Shown here one piece after another: positions 11,441-24,694 of a stretch of 64,000 nucleotides of DNA (its first letter is position 1; each line of letters opens with the position of its first letter). The position numbers and the translations under genes are program-made. The DNA lies in contig NC_057720.1 of NCBI RefSeq assembly GCF_004010195.1, positions 35,300,771 through 35,364,770 of the forward strand. Direction: 5' to 3'. The DNA comes from Chiloscyllium plagiosum (Eukaryota). The notes beneath the pieces are model-generated. The model had not been told where the DNA came from. It did no database searches and saw only the letters and a list, made by a program, of their open reading frames with translations.

Positions 11441-13919
11441 CTGGTCAAGAAAAAGGAAGCATATGACTGTACAGACAGATGGGATCAAGTGAATTCCTTG
11501 AGGAGTTTAAGGGCTGTAGGAGTATACTTAACAGAGACATCAGGAGGGCAAAAAGGGAACAGAAGATAGCTTTGGAAAATAGAGGTAAGGGGACTCCAAA
11601 ACGATTCTATAAGAGCATTAAGGGCAAAAGAGTAACCAGGGAGTGAACAGGGCCCCTTAAAGATCAACATGACTGTCTACATGTGGAAACACAGGAGATG
11701 AGTGAGATACTAAATTAATATTTCACGTCAGTATTTATGATGGAGAAGGACATGGAAGCTAGGGAACTTGGGGAAATAAATTATGATGTCTTGAAAAGAG
11801 TTCATATTACAAAAGAGGTGATGCTGGAGATCTTAAAATGCAAAAAGGTAGATAAAAACCCAGGACCTGATCAGGTGTTTCCCAGAACTTTGGGGGAAGC
11901 TAGGGAAGAGATTACTAGGCCCCTTGCTGAGATATTTGTATCATTGACAACCACACATGAGGTGCTGGAAGATTGGAGATTGACTAATATTGCGCCAGTA
12001 TTTAAGAAAGGTTGTAACGAAAAGTCATAGACCAGGTAGCTTGATGTGAGAGGTGGGTAAGTTGTTGGAGGGGATTGCTACGTTTTGCTAAGTTCAAAGA
12101 TTTACATGCATTTGGAAAGGCAAAGACTGATTAGGGATAGTTAACATGGCTTTGTGCATGGGAAATCATGCATCACTACCTTGATTGAGTTTTTTTGAAG
12201 AGATGACAAAGAAGATTGATGAAGGCAGAGCAGTAGACGTAGTTTATCTGGACTTCAGCAAAGCTTTCAACAAGGTTCCATATGGGTAGGCTGGTTAGCA
12301 AGTTAGAGCACATGGAATCCAGGGAGAGCTAGCCATTTGGATACAAAATTGGGCTTGAAGGTAGGAGACAGAGGGTGGTGGTAGAGGGTTGCGTATTGGA
12401 CTGGAGCCATGTGACCAGCATTGAGCCACAACAGTCAATGCTGGATCCACTACTTTTTGACATTTATGTTAAAAAGTTGGATGTGAATACAGGAGTCATG
12501 GTTAGTACGTTTGTAAATGGCACCAAAATAGAGGACAGTGAAGAAGGTTATCTCAGATTACAACCGGAACTTGATCAGATGGGCCAATGGGATAAGGAAT
12601 GGCAGATGGAATTTCATTTAGATAAATGTGAGGTTTTGGATTTTGCTAAGGCAAACTAGGCAGGACTTTTACACTTAATAGTCGGGCCCTGGGGAGTGTT
12701 GCCAAAAGAAAAGACCAAGGGGCACGGGTGCATAGTTCCTTGAAAGTGAAATCGCAAGTAGACAGGGTGGTGAAGAAGGTGCTTAGCATGCTTGTTTTCA
12801 CTGGTCAGAACGTTGAGTTTAGGAGTTGGAACGTCAAATGTGGCTGTGCAGCATATTGGTGAGGCCACTTTTAGGGTACTGCTTACAATTCTGGTCACCA
12901 TTCTATAGGAAGAATGTTGGTAAACTTGAGAGGGTGCAGAAAGGATTCATAAGGATCTTGCCCAATCTGGAGGGTTTGAGTTATCGGGAGACTGAATAGG
13001 GTGGGGCATTTTTATGCTGGAGCATCAAAGGCTGAGGACGACTTTAAAGAGGTTTATAAAATAATGAGGGGCATGGATAGGGTAAGTAGCCAAGGTCTTT
13101 TCTCTCGGGTGGGAGAGTCCAAAACTAGAGGACAGAGGTTTGAGAGTGGAAATTTTTAAAAAGCTCCGGAAAGGTAACTTTTGCATGCAGAGGAAGCGGT
13201 TACAACATTTGATGGGCATCTGGATGGGGATAGTAGTAGGAAGGGTTTAGAGAAATATGGACCAAGTGCTGGCAAATGGGATTAGGTCAGACTGGGATGA
13301 CCCTGTGGTTGGCACGGATGAGTTGGACCAAAGGGTGTGTTTCCATGCTATATGACTATTATGCTGTGCTGTGAAATTAGTGCACTCCGCACCATTTTTT
13401 GTCAAATGCTTGCTAAGTTCAAGAATAGGTGTTGTACATACAGGAAGTGTTATTCATCTCAAGGCTTTTTGCTTCTCTGTCAGTTTTCTGTCCTTCCTCC
13501 TTCTTTATTCGTGAAGAAGCTCACTCTTTATTGGGTACAGTTCACTAGCGTAAACCCACATCTACTATTTATTCTCAAGCCTTTATATTGAATGGCTATT
13601 TGAACTTCAGGAATATTTGAGGGTGACTTATCATGACTGATCCTAATCCTGTCCTCATCTGGTCCTCAGATTGAAATGTTACTTGGCTATTACAACAGGA
13701 AGAGTTCGAGCCCATTGCCAATTCACTTCATTACATAAATTCTACCAATTCTACCACATAAAAGTGGCATAGAAGGAAAAGTAATCCTTCAATAATAGCA
13801 GCAGTCATGTAGAAAAGTATATTTTAATATAACACAATGTAATAAGAGTTTGCAATCACATATCTATAACAAGGTCAGATTTCTATTAAAAATAAATCTG
13901 GGAGTTGACAATTTTTTGT

Positions 13920-14460
13920 ATTCATTCATGGGATGGGGATATTGCTGGCTGGGCCATCATCCCTAGTTGCCCTTGAGAATGTGGTAGTGAGTTACTTTCT
14001 TGAACCACTGTAGTCATTTGGGGTAGGTACTCCCACAATTCCTTTTGAGTGGAGTTCTGAGATATTGATCCAGCTACACTGATCCAGCTACACTATCTTT
14101 CCAAGTAAGGATGGTGAATGGCCTGGAGACAGACCTGTAGATGGTAATGTTCACATGTATCCATTGCCTTCATTCTTTGAAATGCAAGTGGCCACAGGAT
14201 TAGAAGATGCCACCTAAGCAGCCTTGGTGAATCTCTGCAATGCATCTTGTAGACAGTATACATTGCTGCTACTGAGCTTCAGTCAAAGAGGGGGTGAATG
14301 TTTTTGGATGTGGTGCCAATCAAGTGGCTGCTTTGTCCTGGGTGGTGTCAAGCTACTAGAGTGCTGTTGAAGTTAAACCCATCCAAGCAAATGGAGAGTA
14401 TTCCATCACATTCTTGATTTGTGCTTGGTAGATGATAGGCAAGCTTTGGTACAATAAAGA
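13920..14460 (-). mobile_element. 3' fragment of the tRNA-headed CR1-group LINE family (see 20445-23652)
   Basis: Reverse complement matches 23230-23650 (ACAAAGCAGCCACTTGATTGGCACCAC...CTACAAGATGCATTGCAGA...CCCATGAATGAAT). Other fragments at ~600-900, ~7800-8110, 46020-46340 and 57612-58010. Confidence 0.7.
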
Positions 14461-14881
14461 ATAGATATTTCAAACTCTTTCTAACAGTTACTCTTTTTTT
14501 TAGGTTTAGTAAATTTTCAGTTGTGGTCTCAACAAACTGGCCAACAATAATGTTCATCTATTCGTGCTCTGAATATCATATCAATCCACACAAAGTTCTT
14601 CTGGAATCACAATCACAACTCAAATTCAAAACTGACCAAAACTACGAATCAAGGGGTAGCCAGAATTACGAGTTTCTCAGCTAGAAAGTAACCTCTTTAT
14701 TTCAACATGATTGACAAAACCTTTGATCAGATTCATCCCATTCCCCTTATATTTGCTCAAACATTGTTTCCTCTCTCTTTTAGCAACAATAACATCCTCT
14801 CTGTCTTTACCTTTATTAACCAGCCTTCATTTTTGTTATATTCTATTTAAGGCGCCTACAGCCTGACTTCATCACACCATT

Positions 14882-15520
14882 TAGTCGTAGGGTCATACAG
14901 CATGGAAACAGACCCTTCGGTCCAACCAGTCCATGCCAAACATAATCCCAAACTAAACTAGTCCCACCTCCCTGCTCCTGCCCCATATCACTCCAAACCT
15001 TTCCTATTCATGTCTCTATCCAAATGTCTTTTAAAAGTTGTAATTGTACCCATCTCCGCCACTTTCTCAGGAAGTTCTTTCCACACCCAAAGCACCCTTT
15101 GTGTGAAAATATTGCCTCATGTCTTTTTTAAATGTCTCTCCTCTCACCTTAAAAAGTGCTCTATTCCTAATGAAGGGCTTTTGCCCGAAACGTCGATTTT
15201 CCTGCTCCTTGGATGCTGCCTGAACTGCTGTGCTTTTCCAGCACCACTCTGATCTAGAATCTGGTTTCCAGCATCTGTAGTCATTGTTTTTACCTACCTT
15301 AAAAATGTGCCCCCTAGTCTTGAAATGCCCCATCCGAGGGAATAGACAACTATCATTAACTCTACCTCCCATTATTTTATAAACTTCTATCAGATTGGCT
15401 CTTAGTCTCCTACATTCCAGTGAAAAACTATACAGCCTTTCTTTATAACTCAAATCTTCCATACCCGGCAACATCCTGGTAAATCTCTTCTGAACCCTGT
15501 CTGCGTTGATAATATCGTTT
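14882..15520 (-). mobile_element. CR1 3'-end fragment
   Basis: ORF 15067-15474(-): MLPGMEDLSYKERL...RLRANLIEVYKIM; tail GGACCGAAGGGTCTGTTTCCATGCTGTATGAC. Confidence 0.9.
15156..15295 (+). mobile_element. Family-A hammerhead mini-element (140 bp) with 10-bp TSD
   Basis: CTAATGA A GGGC TTTT GCCC GAAA CGTC (core G>A change); TSD ACCTTAAAAA at 15146-15155 and 15296-15305. Confidence 0.88.
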
Positions 15521-15689
15521 CATCTTTTGAAGGCAACTATCCCATCCTGAGTACCATGCACATTTTTCCTGTACTCCAACTTGCAACTGTCCCTTCCCTG
15601 GCAAACCCAGCCATTGTCATAGTGATTAATTCACCTTTTCTGACCATATATTCATAACTCTGGTACATTACTTTCAAATGAAATAACAT

Positions 15690-15920
15690 TTAATCTGTTT
15701 CAGATTCATTGTTCAATGTTTGGTCTCCTCTACACTTTGGAGACCAAATGCAAGTTTTGAGGAATCAGCTGGATAAGCATTTTTATTTTGTCTCCAGACA
15801 TGTTCTGACTAAGCTCGTGGTTCACAAGTTTAATTCCCACTTCAATTTCTACATTGACCTCTGCACAATTGACCTCTGACACTGTTCCATACAAGCTTCA
15901 GAAACAGTTAGGAAATGTTG
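15690..15920 (+). mobile_element. Possible very old Penelope GIY-YIG remnant
   Basis: TGGTCTCCTCTACACTTTGGAGACCAAATGCAAG resembles GLLYIGETKRRL coding with a frameshift; heavily decayed. Confidence 0.35.
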
Positions 15921-18900
15921 TCTTTGTGCAGTTAGTGGAAGGCTCATGAGGTTGTTCCTATAATGGATAAGCAATTACCTTCTTTCAGGTTAATGCGCCC
16001 GTGAAAGAAGATTTGGCCCAGCATTTTCTCTTTCTCACTGAAAATATGAACTATGGTACCCTCAGACATTAGCCTTTCCTTTACAGTAAAATGTCCGAAG
16101 ATACTAGATGGGCTTGTCAGTATTATAAAGGAGGGGAGGCAAATTGATGATCCTGGGTTTCGCTTTTCGTGAGGGCACGATCTTAGTGCTGGTAAAGCAC
16201 TCCAGTCTGTTAGGTTTTCTATTTTCAGGACTAACAAATCAATTGTGTTTTTTGAGCATTTCTCGTTTCTCATTTCATGACTTCTGCATCTACAGCTTTT
16301 TCTCCCCTCCCCCTGTCCCAGTGTCCTGCATTTCCTTTCTCTTCTTTTGGGTTTTTATTTCACCATTTTATTTATTCTTTTGTTTTCTTCACATATCTTA
16401 ATTGCCTCTCTGAGATTGCCGTAAATAAGCTTTTATAATAGTTATCTACCTCTCTGTAAAATAGCTTCTCTGTTAACTTTAGTCTATGATTGAAGGACCA
16501 AGGGACCCTTTCACTTGCTGACTTTTCAGCCTTCAGTACTGGTCAAAAGTTTACCTTCATGAACCAATGTTGTCTCTTGACAGATCAGTGCTTCCAGCAT
16601 GTTCTATTCTTTTTTCAAAAACATGATATACCTTCATAGATTGTAGACAGTGTATATGCTGATGTGTCCAGATGCTGAGCAGATGCAAGTTTTTTTTTGT
16701 TTTTGATATCGTATTGCAAATGAGAAGAGTTCCGCAGCATAACACTATCCCTAATTTGACAACATCACAGCCTATGCAGAAAATACAGAGATGTCATTTG
16801 GCTGCAGCAAGTGTTCTTTATTGTGATTGGGAATAAGGCAGATTCTAAGGAAGTGCACAGGGAGAAGGGGCAAAAGAAAGTGATTGAATTTCCTTTAAAC
16901 ATGCTTGACCTGATCAGGGTGTGCTAGATATTGACACAGGGTGCTCAACATAATGAACATAAATTTCCTTGTACACAGAAATGATTTTAAAGGCTGTCCA
17001 AAAAATTGTAAAGTAAAACAAGGAGTTGGTAAGTTATACAAAACCTCGAACTATTCTAAGCTTGAGTCTTGCAAAAAAAAAGAAGCTCTGGTAGCAGCTC
17101 CTAAAATTATGAACCATCAGTAAAACATGTGATGTGTAAGAAAGGTTACCACACACAGTACCTCAGACAGAAACAACAAGCAGCAACAAGCCTTTTCAGT
17201 CCTATAGCTGCATACTATTTTGATTATATGAATAAACAGCTCTGTTTATTATAGACCAATTTTGATAAGACAACCCCTTCATTTACTTATTCTCTACGTT
17301 GCTACAAGGCACAGTGTACATTGTTTTGCAACTGCTGTTAAAGGATTGTTTTTCTCAGTTTTTTTTTGCCCTTCTTGCAAAGATGTTAAATTATTTTTAA
17401 AAGACCACTCATTCATTCAGGGCATATCTAAAAACACAGGTGGGGGCACAGTGGAGCCGTGGGGCTCATTTTGGCTCAAAGTGGAATTCTTGCTGGCACC
17501 CTGTCGAGATACCAAATTGCATGATTACTGCCCTGGCCCTAAGTCAATTAAAGATATGAAACCTGGAGCCAAGCCTCCCCTTTAATTTGGAATTGAAGTC
17601 ATTCCAGTCTCTCTGAACTCACTTCACTTCCTCAAGAGCCGAAGAAGCAGAAATGCTAAATTTGTGATTGCTAGTTGAAATAGCCAGTTATGCATAGGCT
17701 TTGAAACATCAATCTAACATTCACTGATCCCTGTAGTGATAGACCAGGCAGGGCTTCTCGTCGAAAAGAAACGTTTCGGAGCCAAAAATAGTAAATTTCA
17801 AAAGCAGTTGAACATTTAATTTGGAGTCACAGTTGAACCATCTTGGCGCCTCCCTTGGTTTGGTATTTGGTCACAACAGACTAGTCTGACAGAGGCTTCC
17901 AGCATCATTGTTTCTTAATGTGATGGTTAGGAAATTTCAAGTTATGTTCCAAACTAAAGCTAACCACAAAATATGAAAATTATTGATAATGTACTTTTAA
18001 ACACAAGTCATCATCAGGTATAATATCACAAATAATAGCAGTCATGTTGTGAAAGCAGACCACAGGTTACACGCTACTGAAGTAAATATGTGAAGCCTTT
18101 GGGTATAGATTTCACATTGTACCATTAAAGATTTATGTAATATTATTTATGTTCCATATCAATGACTCTGATGCAGTCATTTTCCATCTTAGACAGAAAG
18201 AGGAAATAAATGAAAGCTACAGAAAAAATCCAATTCAACATTTATGTTCTTCTTTACAAAGAAATTCATGATAATTAACAGAACATTTTTTTATAAATTG
18301 ATCCACTCTTTCAGCTCTCGACTCTTTTCCTGAGCCACTTGAGCTGTAAAGGTTATAGGGATGGGTCACATCTACCCAAGGGTAACCTTATGTATTGTGA
18401 TAGGAACCAGCACATTGGATTGGCTAAAGTAATGTGAAGTAGCTGGAACCAGTGAAAATTACTACTGACCAAGTACAGACTTCCGCATACTGAAGATGGC
18501 AATTTACAAAGAACATGCAGTACATGCACACCCTGCAGATGCACAGTATCAGCCTTCCAAAACCAGCCCATGTTGTTCAATGTCACTTTACCTCTGTGTA
18601 TGTAAAGAAGGGATCTCCTGTGCTATTGCACACAGTAGGTCTGAGAGTATCAATTCCCCTATCTTCACGTAACTTAACTATCCTCCTGGTATTCTTTTCC
18701 CTTTTTCACAGTTGCTGCCTACATAACTCCCCTTGCTGCTTCTCTTCTCCATTTAGTTGGTCTCTTAGGCTTGTCTTTTTCTTCTGTTTTCCTTTCAGGT
18801 TGCACTTGCTGGAGAATATGTCACAGAGTGGAGACACCAAGAGATATACCAATCAGTCTCCATGAAAATCTGGCTTTCTCCCCATTACAGTCTCCATCGC

Positions 18901-18929
18901 TTGCTCTTGTCATTGTGCCAGCTTCCATT

Positions 18930-19790
18930 TCCCTTTAAAGTGTTCGAGTCTCAATGCGGTACAAGAGTTGGGTAATGACACGTTTTCAGTATCCCAAACT
19001 TCTTGCTGACTTCTGGAGGTTTTTTTTTCACAAGTATTCACTCGTGTATCTTGTAGAAGGCTGAACTGACAGAGCTGATCCAGTGTTGAATCTCTTTGTC
19101 AATGGTAGGTATCTGAGAGAGGTGGCATCTAAGATGTGAGAAATGCTGAACGTATTCCTGAGAATCTCCAACAATGTATATCGGAGGAAGAATACTTGAC
19201 TGACTAAGTCTAGAGTATTTCCAAAAGCAATACCTCCAGCACACTCTCCAGATTCAATGAGAAGACAATCAAACAAATGCTCCTGACCTTCTTGAAGACA
19301 GGGCTTCAAGCTTTCAGGTAAAAACTCCTCCAAAATCAACTACAGCGGACTGGAGACTCCAACTGGATAGCCAAAAAAGCCTCTTTTCCACAAGATCCTG
19401 CTTTTCTCAATTCTCAAATGGCTATTGCGTCAGGGCAGTATAAGGAAAACTTGACAAAGACATTCTGAAACTCTCCTTGAAATGTGGCACAATTGAAATT
19501 GATGACTGGGAGGAGCTTGTTGCCAATTCACAATGATGCCAACTTACCCATTAAGCTGCATGATGCTTTGCTTACAAACTCTTTAACAATGAGGCAGAAC
19601 GGTGAGAGTGAAGAAAGAAAAGGGAAGCAAGTTTTGCATTTAGGTTCCCACAACTTTGTGAGACCTCTTGTTGAGTGTGCCCTAAGGTCTGCTGAATGAA
19701 AATTAGCCTATTCAGTCACATGCAGACCCATGGCAGAAATTTATAACCCTGAGTCAAAGTCATCCTTGAATCAGGGGACAGCCTCTCACA
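18930..19790 (+). mobile_element. RTE-clade LINE 3' part with inverted 5' segment (18930-19200 on minus strand)
   Basis: Minus segment: VQHFSHLRCHLSQIPTIDKEIQHWISSVSSAF...QLLYRIET. Plus segment continues with KDILKLSLK, DWEEL and a terminal C..C...LFSHMQTH zinc finger. Confidence 0.7.
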
Positions 19791-19959
19791 ATATCTAAAC
19801 TATCAGCTCATTCCTCTGTCATTTACCATTTCTTTGTTCAACAACAAGAATTCACATATTGTGTTGTCATAAACTGTGCCAAAGCTGTTTGACTGCTCTT
19901 GACAAGGCACTTAACAGGAGCACAGTCACAAAGAAATTGACACCAAACCAAAAAAGAAG

Positions 19960-20395
19960 AGATTTCCCAGATGTTGCTGGGAATGGACAATTTGAGTTAT
20001 TAGGAGAGGCTAGATAGAATGGACTTTTTTCACTGGAGGGTAGAAGGTTCAGAGGTGACTTTATAAAATCCTGAGGGGCCTAGATAAGGCGAATGTCAAG
20101 TGCCTTTTCCTGAGGTTAGGAATATCTTAAAGGTGAAAGGGGAAAGATTTAAAAAAGACATGAGTGGCAATTTGGTTTTTGCACAGAAAGTGGTTCATGT
20201 ATGTAACGAACCTTTAGAGGATGCTGCTACAGTTACAATGTTTTTAATGACATTTGGATAAGTAAATGGTGAAGAAAGGTTTGGAGGGACATGGACCAAG
20301 TGCAGGCAGGTGGGACTAGTTTAGTTTGGGATTGTGGTTAGCATGGACTGGTTGGACCGAAGGGTCTGTTTTCATGCTGTATTTCTCTAAGACTC
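19960..20395 (+). mobile_element. CR1 3'-end fragment
   Basis: GAGAGGCTAGATAGAATGGACTTTTTTCACTGGAG...GGACCGAAGGGTCTGTTTTCATGCTGTA tail. Confidence 0.85.
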
Positions 20396-20444
20396 AATGG
20401 TTATTTGACAGGAAACTAAAAGTTTCATCGAAGAGTAGCTTTTA

Positions 20445-23400
20445 GAGAGGCAATGGCCTGGTGCTGTTATCACCAGACAATTAATCCAGAAATGCAGCTG
20501 ATGTTCCAGGGATTTTGAATCCCGCCAGAACAGATGGTGGAATTGGAATTCAATTAAAAATAAAATTAATTATGAATCTGCTGATGACCATGAAACCATT
20601 GTTGATTCCTGGAAAGGCCCATCGAGTTCACTAATGCTCTTCAGGGAAAGAGAACTGCTATCATCACCTGGTCTAGCATATAAGTGACTCCAGATCACAG
20701 CAATCTGGTTGACTCTCAACTACCCTCTGAAATGGCCTAGCATGCAACTCAGTTGCATCAATCACTACAAAGTTCTCAAGAAAGAAATGAAACCAGACAT
20801 ACCACTTGGCATCAACTGAGGCACCAGGAGAGACAAACGCAGAAGAAGCCCTGTTGACACTGCAAAGTCATCCTTACGAACATCTAAGGGCTAGTGACAA
20901 AATTGGACGAGCTGTCTCACAGACTATTCAAGCAACAGCCTAGACATAGTCGTACTCATGGAATTATACCTTATAGACAACATCCAAGACACCACCATCA
21001 TCATCATCCCTGGATATGCCCTGTCCCACAGCAACACAGACCCAGCTGAGGTAGCAGCACAGTGGTATACAGTTGGGAGCTAGTTCTCAATATTGATTCC
21101 AGATCTCATGAAGTCTCGTGGCTTCAGGTCAAACATGGGCAAGGAAACCTCATACAGATAACCACATACCATTTTCCCTTGGTTGATGAATCAGTACCCC
21201 TCCATGTTGAACAACACTTGGAGGAAGACCTAAGGGTGGCAAGGGCACAAAATGTACTCTGGGTGGGGACTTCAATGTCCACCACTAACAGTGATTCAGC
21301 AGAAGCACTACTGATCCGAGCTGGTTGGGTCCTAAATGACACAGCTTCAGACTGGGCCTGCAGCAAATGCTGAGAGAACAAACACAAGGGAAAAACATAA
21401 TCGATCTCAGCTTTACCAAGCTGCTAGCTGCAGATATATCTGTCCATGACAGCATTGGTAAGAGTGACCATCGCACAGTCCTTGTGGAAAGTAAGTCCCA
21501 CATTCACATCGAGAATGACCTCCATTGTCTTGTATGCCACTATCACTGTACTAAATGGGACAGACTTTGAACAGATCTAGCAATTTAAGAACGGGTATCT
21601 ATGAGGTGCTGTGGACCATCAGCAGCAGCAAGAATGTACTGCAGTATAATATACAATCTCATGCCCAGCATATACCCCACAACCATGACCATCAAGCCAG
21701 TGAATCAACCCTGGTTCAATAACAGTGCAGGAGGGAATTCCAGGAGCAGCACTAGGTATACTTGAAAATGAAGTGTCAACTTGGTAATGCCACCATACAG
21801 GACTAGATACATACCATATAGCATAAGCAGCAAGTGATAGACAGAGTTAAGTGATCCCACAGCTAATGGTTCAGATCCAAGCTCTGGAGTCCTGCCTCAT
21901 CCAGTCGTGAATGGTGGTGGATGATTAAACAACTCATTGGAGGAGAAGGCTCTACAAACATCCCCATCCTCAACGATGGAAGAGCCAAACACATCAGTGC
22001 AAAAGATAAGGATGAAGCATTGATGACAATCTTCAGCCAGAAGTGCCGAGTGGATAATCCATCTTGGTTTCCTCCAGTTGTGGGCGGCACGGTGGCACAG
22101 TGGTTAGCACTGCTGCCTCACAGCGCCAGAGACGCGGGTTCAACTCCCGCCTCAGGCGACTCTCTGTGTGGAGTTTGCACATTCTCCCCGTGTCTGCGTG
22201 GGTTTTCTCCGGGTGCTCCGGTTTCCTCCCACAATCCAAAAATGTGCAGGTTAGGTGAATTGGCCATGCTAAATTGCCCATAGTGTTAGCTGAAGGGGTA
22301 AATGTAGGAGTATGGGTCTGGGTGGTATACGCTTCGGCGGGTCGGTGTGGACTTGTTGGGCCGAAGGGCCTGTTTCCACACTGTAAGTAATCTAATCTGA
22401 TCCAGTAGTTCCCAGTATCACTATTACCAGTCTTCAGATGATTGATTCACTCCATGTGATATCAAGAAATGGTTGGAGACATTGGGTTCTGCAAAGGCTA
22501 TGGACCTGACAACATTCCAGCAATAGTACTGAAGACCTGTGATCCAGAATTTACTGTTCCCCTGGCCAAACTCTTCCAAACAAGCTACAACAATGGCATC
22601 TACCCAGCAATGTGGAAAATTGTCCAGATATGTCCTGTACACAAAAAGCCAGACAAATCCAATCTGGCCACTTACCTAGTTTGGGTTTTGCCAGGGCCAT
22701 TCAACTGCTGACCTCATTATAGCTTTGGTTCAAACATGGACACTAGAGCTGAATTGCAGAGTAAGAGTGACAGCTTTGACATCAAAGTTGCATTTGAGGG
22801 AGTATGGCATCAAGCAGCCCTTTTAAAACTTGAATCAATAGATATCGGAGCAAACTCTCCACTGGTTGGAGTCATACCTGGCAGAAAGGAAGATAGCTGT
22901 GGCTGTTGGAGGTCAGTCATCTCAGCTCCAGGACATCTCTGCAGGAGTTCCTCTGGGTAGTGTCCCAGGCCCAACCATCTTGAGCTGTTTCATGAATGAC
23001 CTCCCATCTATCATAAGGTCAGAAATGGGGATGTTCACTGATGATTGCACAATGTTCAGCACCATTCACGACTCCTCAGATACTGAAGCAGTCCACATTC
23101 AAATGCACAACGTCTGGACAATATCCAGACTTAGGCTGATAATTGATAAGTAACATTCGTGCCAACAAATGCCAGGCAACAACTATCTCCAATAAGAGAC
23201 AACTTAACCACCATGACTTGACATTCACCATTCAGGATAGAGCAGCCCACTTGATTGCCACCATAACCACAAGCATCTATTCCCTCTACCACCAGGACTC
23301 AGGCATATACCATGTACAAGATGCACTGCAGAAATTGATCAAAGATCCTTAGACAGCACTTTCCAAATCCATGACCATTTCCAAAGAGAAGGACAAGGGC

Positions 23401-23652
23401 AGCAAATGTATGGGAACACCGCCACGTGCATGTTACCCTCTAAGTTACTCACCATCCTGAAGTGAAAATATATCACTGTTCCTTCATTGTTGCTGGGTCA
23501 ATATCCTGGAATTCTCTTCCTGATGGCATTGTGGGGTCAACCCACAGCGGGTGGACTGCAGTGGTTCAAGAGGCAGCCACCATCTCAAGGGAGACTAGCA
23601 ACACACAATAACTGCTGACCAGCCAGCGATGCCCAAATCTCATGAGTGAATT
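20445..23652 (+). mobile_element. Near full-length single-ORF CR1-group LINE (APE-RT) with tRNA-like 5' head, decayed
   Basis: APE (KLDELSHRL.KQQP, IPGY, GKSDHRTV) and RT (GPDNIPAIVLKTC, WKIVQICPVHKK, DIKVAFEGVWH, AGVPLGSVPGP, FTDD) motifs. 5' TGGCCTGGTG (~20455) and GATTTTGAATCCCGCC (~20510) resemble A/B boxes; 3' end CATGAGTGAAT. Confidence 0.8.
22082..22400 (+). mobile_element. Young HE1-type V-SINE inserted in the LINE
   Basis: Full head, V domain and tail, CpG-rich; TCCAGT repeated on both sides (22073-22078, 22401-22406). Confidence 0.92.
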
Positions 23653-24675
23653 TAAAACAATTGAAATAAGTAACTTAAAGAAGGATGCAGCATTCAAAGA
23701 GACTGTTTTAGAAATTGCTAAGTAGTCAGACCTCAGGTATGAGAAATGCTTAGCATATTCCAGAGTCTCTCCTTCAATGTATATGGGAGATACAAAATCT
23801 GACTGACCAGATCTACACTGTTCTTTCCTCAGGGAAGATATTTTACTCTTTCAGGTGACTAACGATGTTAATCTGCCAAAGGAAAATAGGGCGACAAAAT
23901 AAGAGCTTGTCTTCTTTTGAGGTCTTCAAAATACCTTAGGAATTCCCTGGACCTTTCAATGAGCAGGATCTTGAGGTCAGCACAACTCCAGCGTTTTTCA
24001 AGTCTAAGTTATTCAGAACACCCAGGGAAACAGAAAAGGAAGTGGAGAAACCCTGTTTCTCATCATGCTTTTCAAATATTATTATCCATTCTCAAATTTG
24101 ACCGGCTCTGGAAAAGTTTGCATTTATTACCCATTTCTAGACGCCATACCAAGGTGGTGGTACAGCTCAGAAACTGCCATGCCACTACAGGTTGTAGTTA
24201 CTAGTCAACCACATCAATGTGACACTAAAATCACAGAGGATTGAAGCCCAGTAACTTTGCAAATCCAACAATTTCATCATCACTTTCCCCAACTATATGA
24301 ACCTTCATTGAAATTCTGAGACTGTCATGGGCTACTCTGAACTCATGCTTCTTAGATAAAAAGTGCAGGAGTGTTACCATGACTTCACCAAGACATTTAC
24401 AAGGTTCCAATGACCTGGCACTCACTGAAGGTACAGAGTTTCTCTGACTCTCTCAGCATCTTATAGAAATGTGGCTGAATAAATGAGCTGAACCTCAGGT
24501 AACCTATTCTTGACATCTCGTTTTTCATCTTCACAGAACCAATTCTAAGATTTTCATAGTTTCTAGTTACTTTGCCTAAATAATTGTTTTAGATGTCAGG
24601 GATTACAGGGACTAAGAAAATAAATAAACGCAAATTTTTTTAGCAGGAAATGTTGTGTGATATTTTAAGATAATA

Positions 24676-24694
24676 TAGTGCCACCTAGTGACCA
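24676..24694 (-). promoter_or_regulatory. CTCF-like motif
   Basis: Minus strand TGGTCACTAGGTGGCACTA versus consensus TGGCCASYAGRKGGCRCTA; motif match only. Confidence 0.4.

Larger units (their letters stand above)
9480..13370 (+). mobile_element. CR1 LINE ORF2 (5'-truncated), interrupted by a Penelope-like element at 9530-11440
   Basis: IREFEALVKK|KKEAY continues across the insertion; ORF 11737 (KVDKNPGPDQVFPRTL), 12375 (LDQMGQW...EF..DKCEV), CR1 tail near 13330-13360. Confidence 0.9.

Noticed and set aside
17325..17460. CACAGTG heptamers as V(D)J recombination signals
   Set aside because: No ACAAAAACC-like nonamer at 12/23 spacing and no V/J coding segments.
22082..22160. tRNA gene
   Set aside because: A/B boxes belong to a SINE head followed by V domain and LINE tail; no standalone cloverleaf with terminator.
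23830..24500. Protein-like plus-strand stretch between acceptor- and donor-like sites
   Set aside because: Stops in the frames I checked; no identifiable homology.
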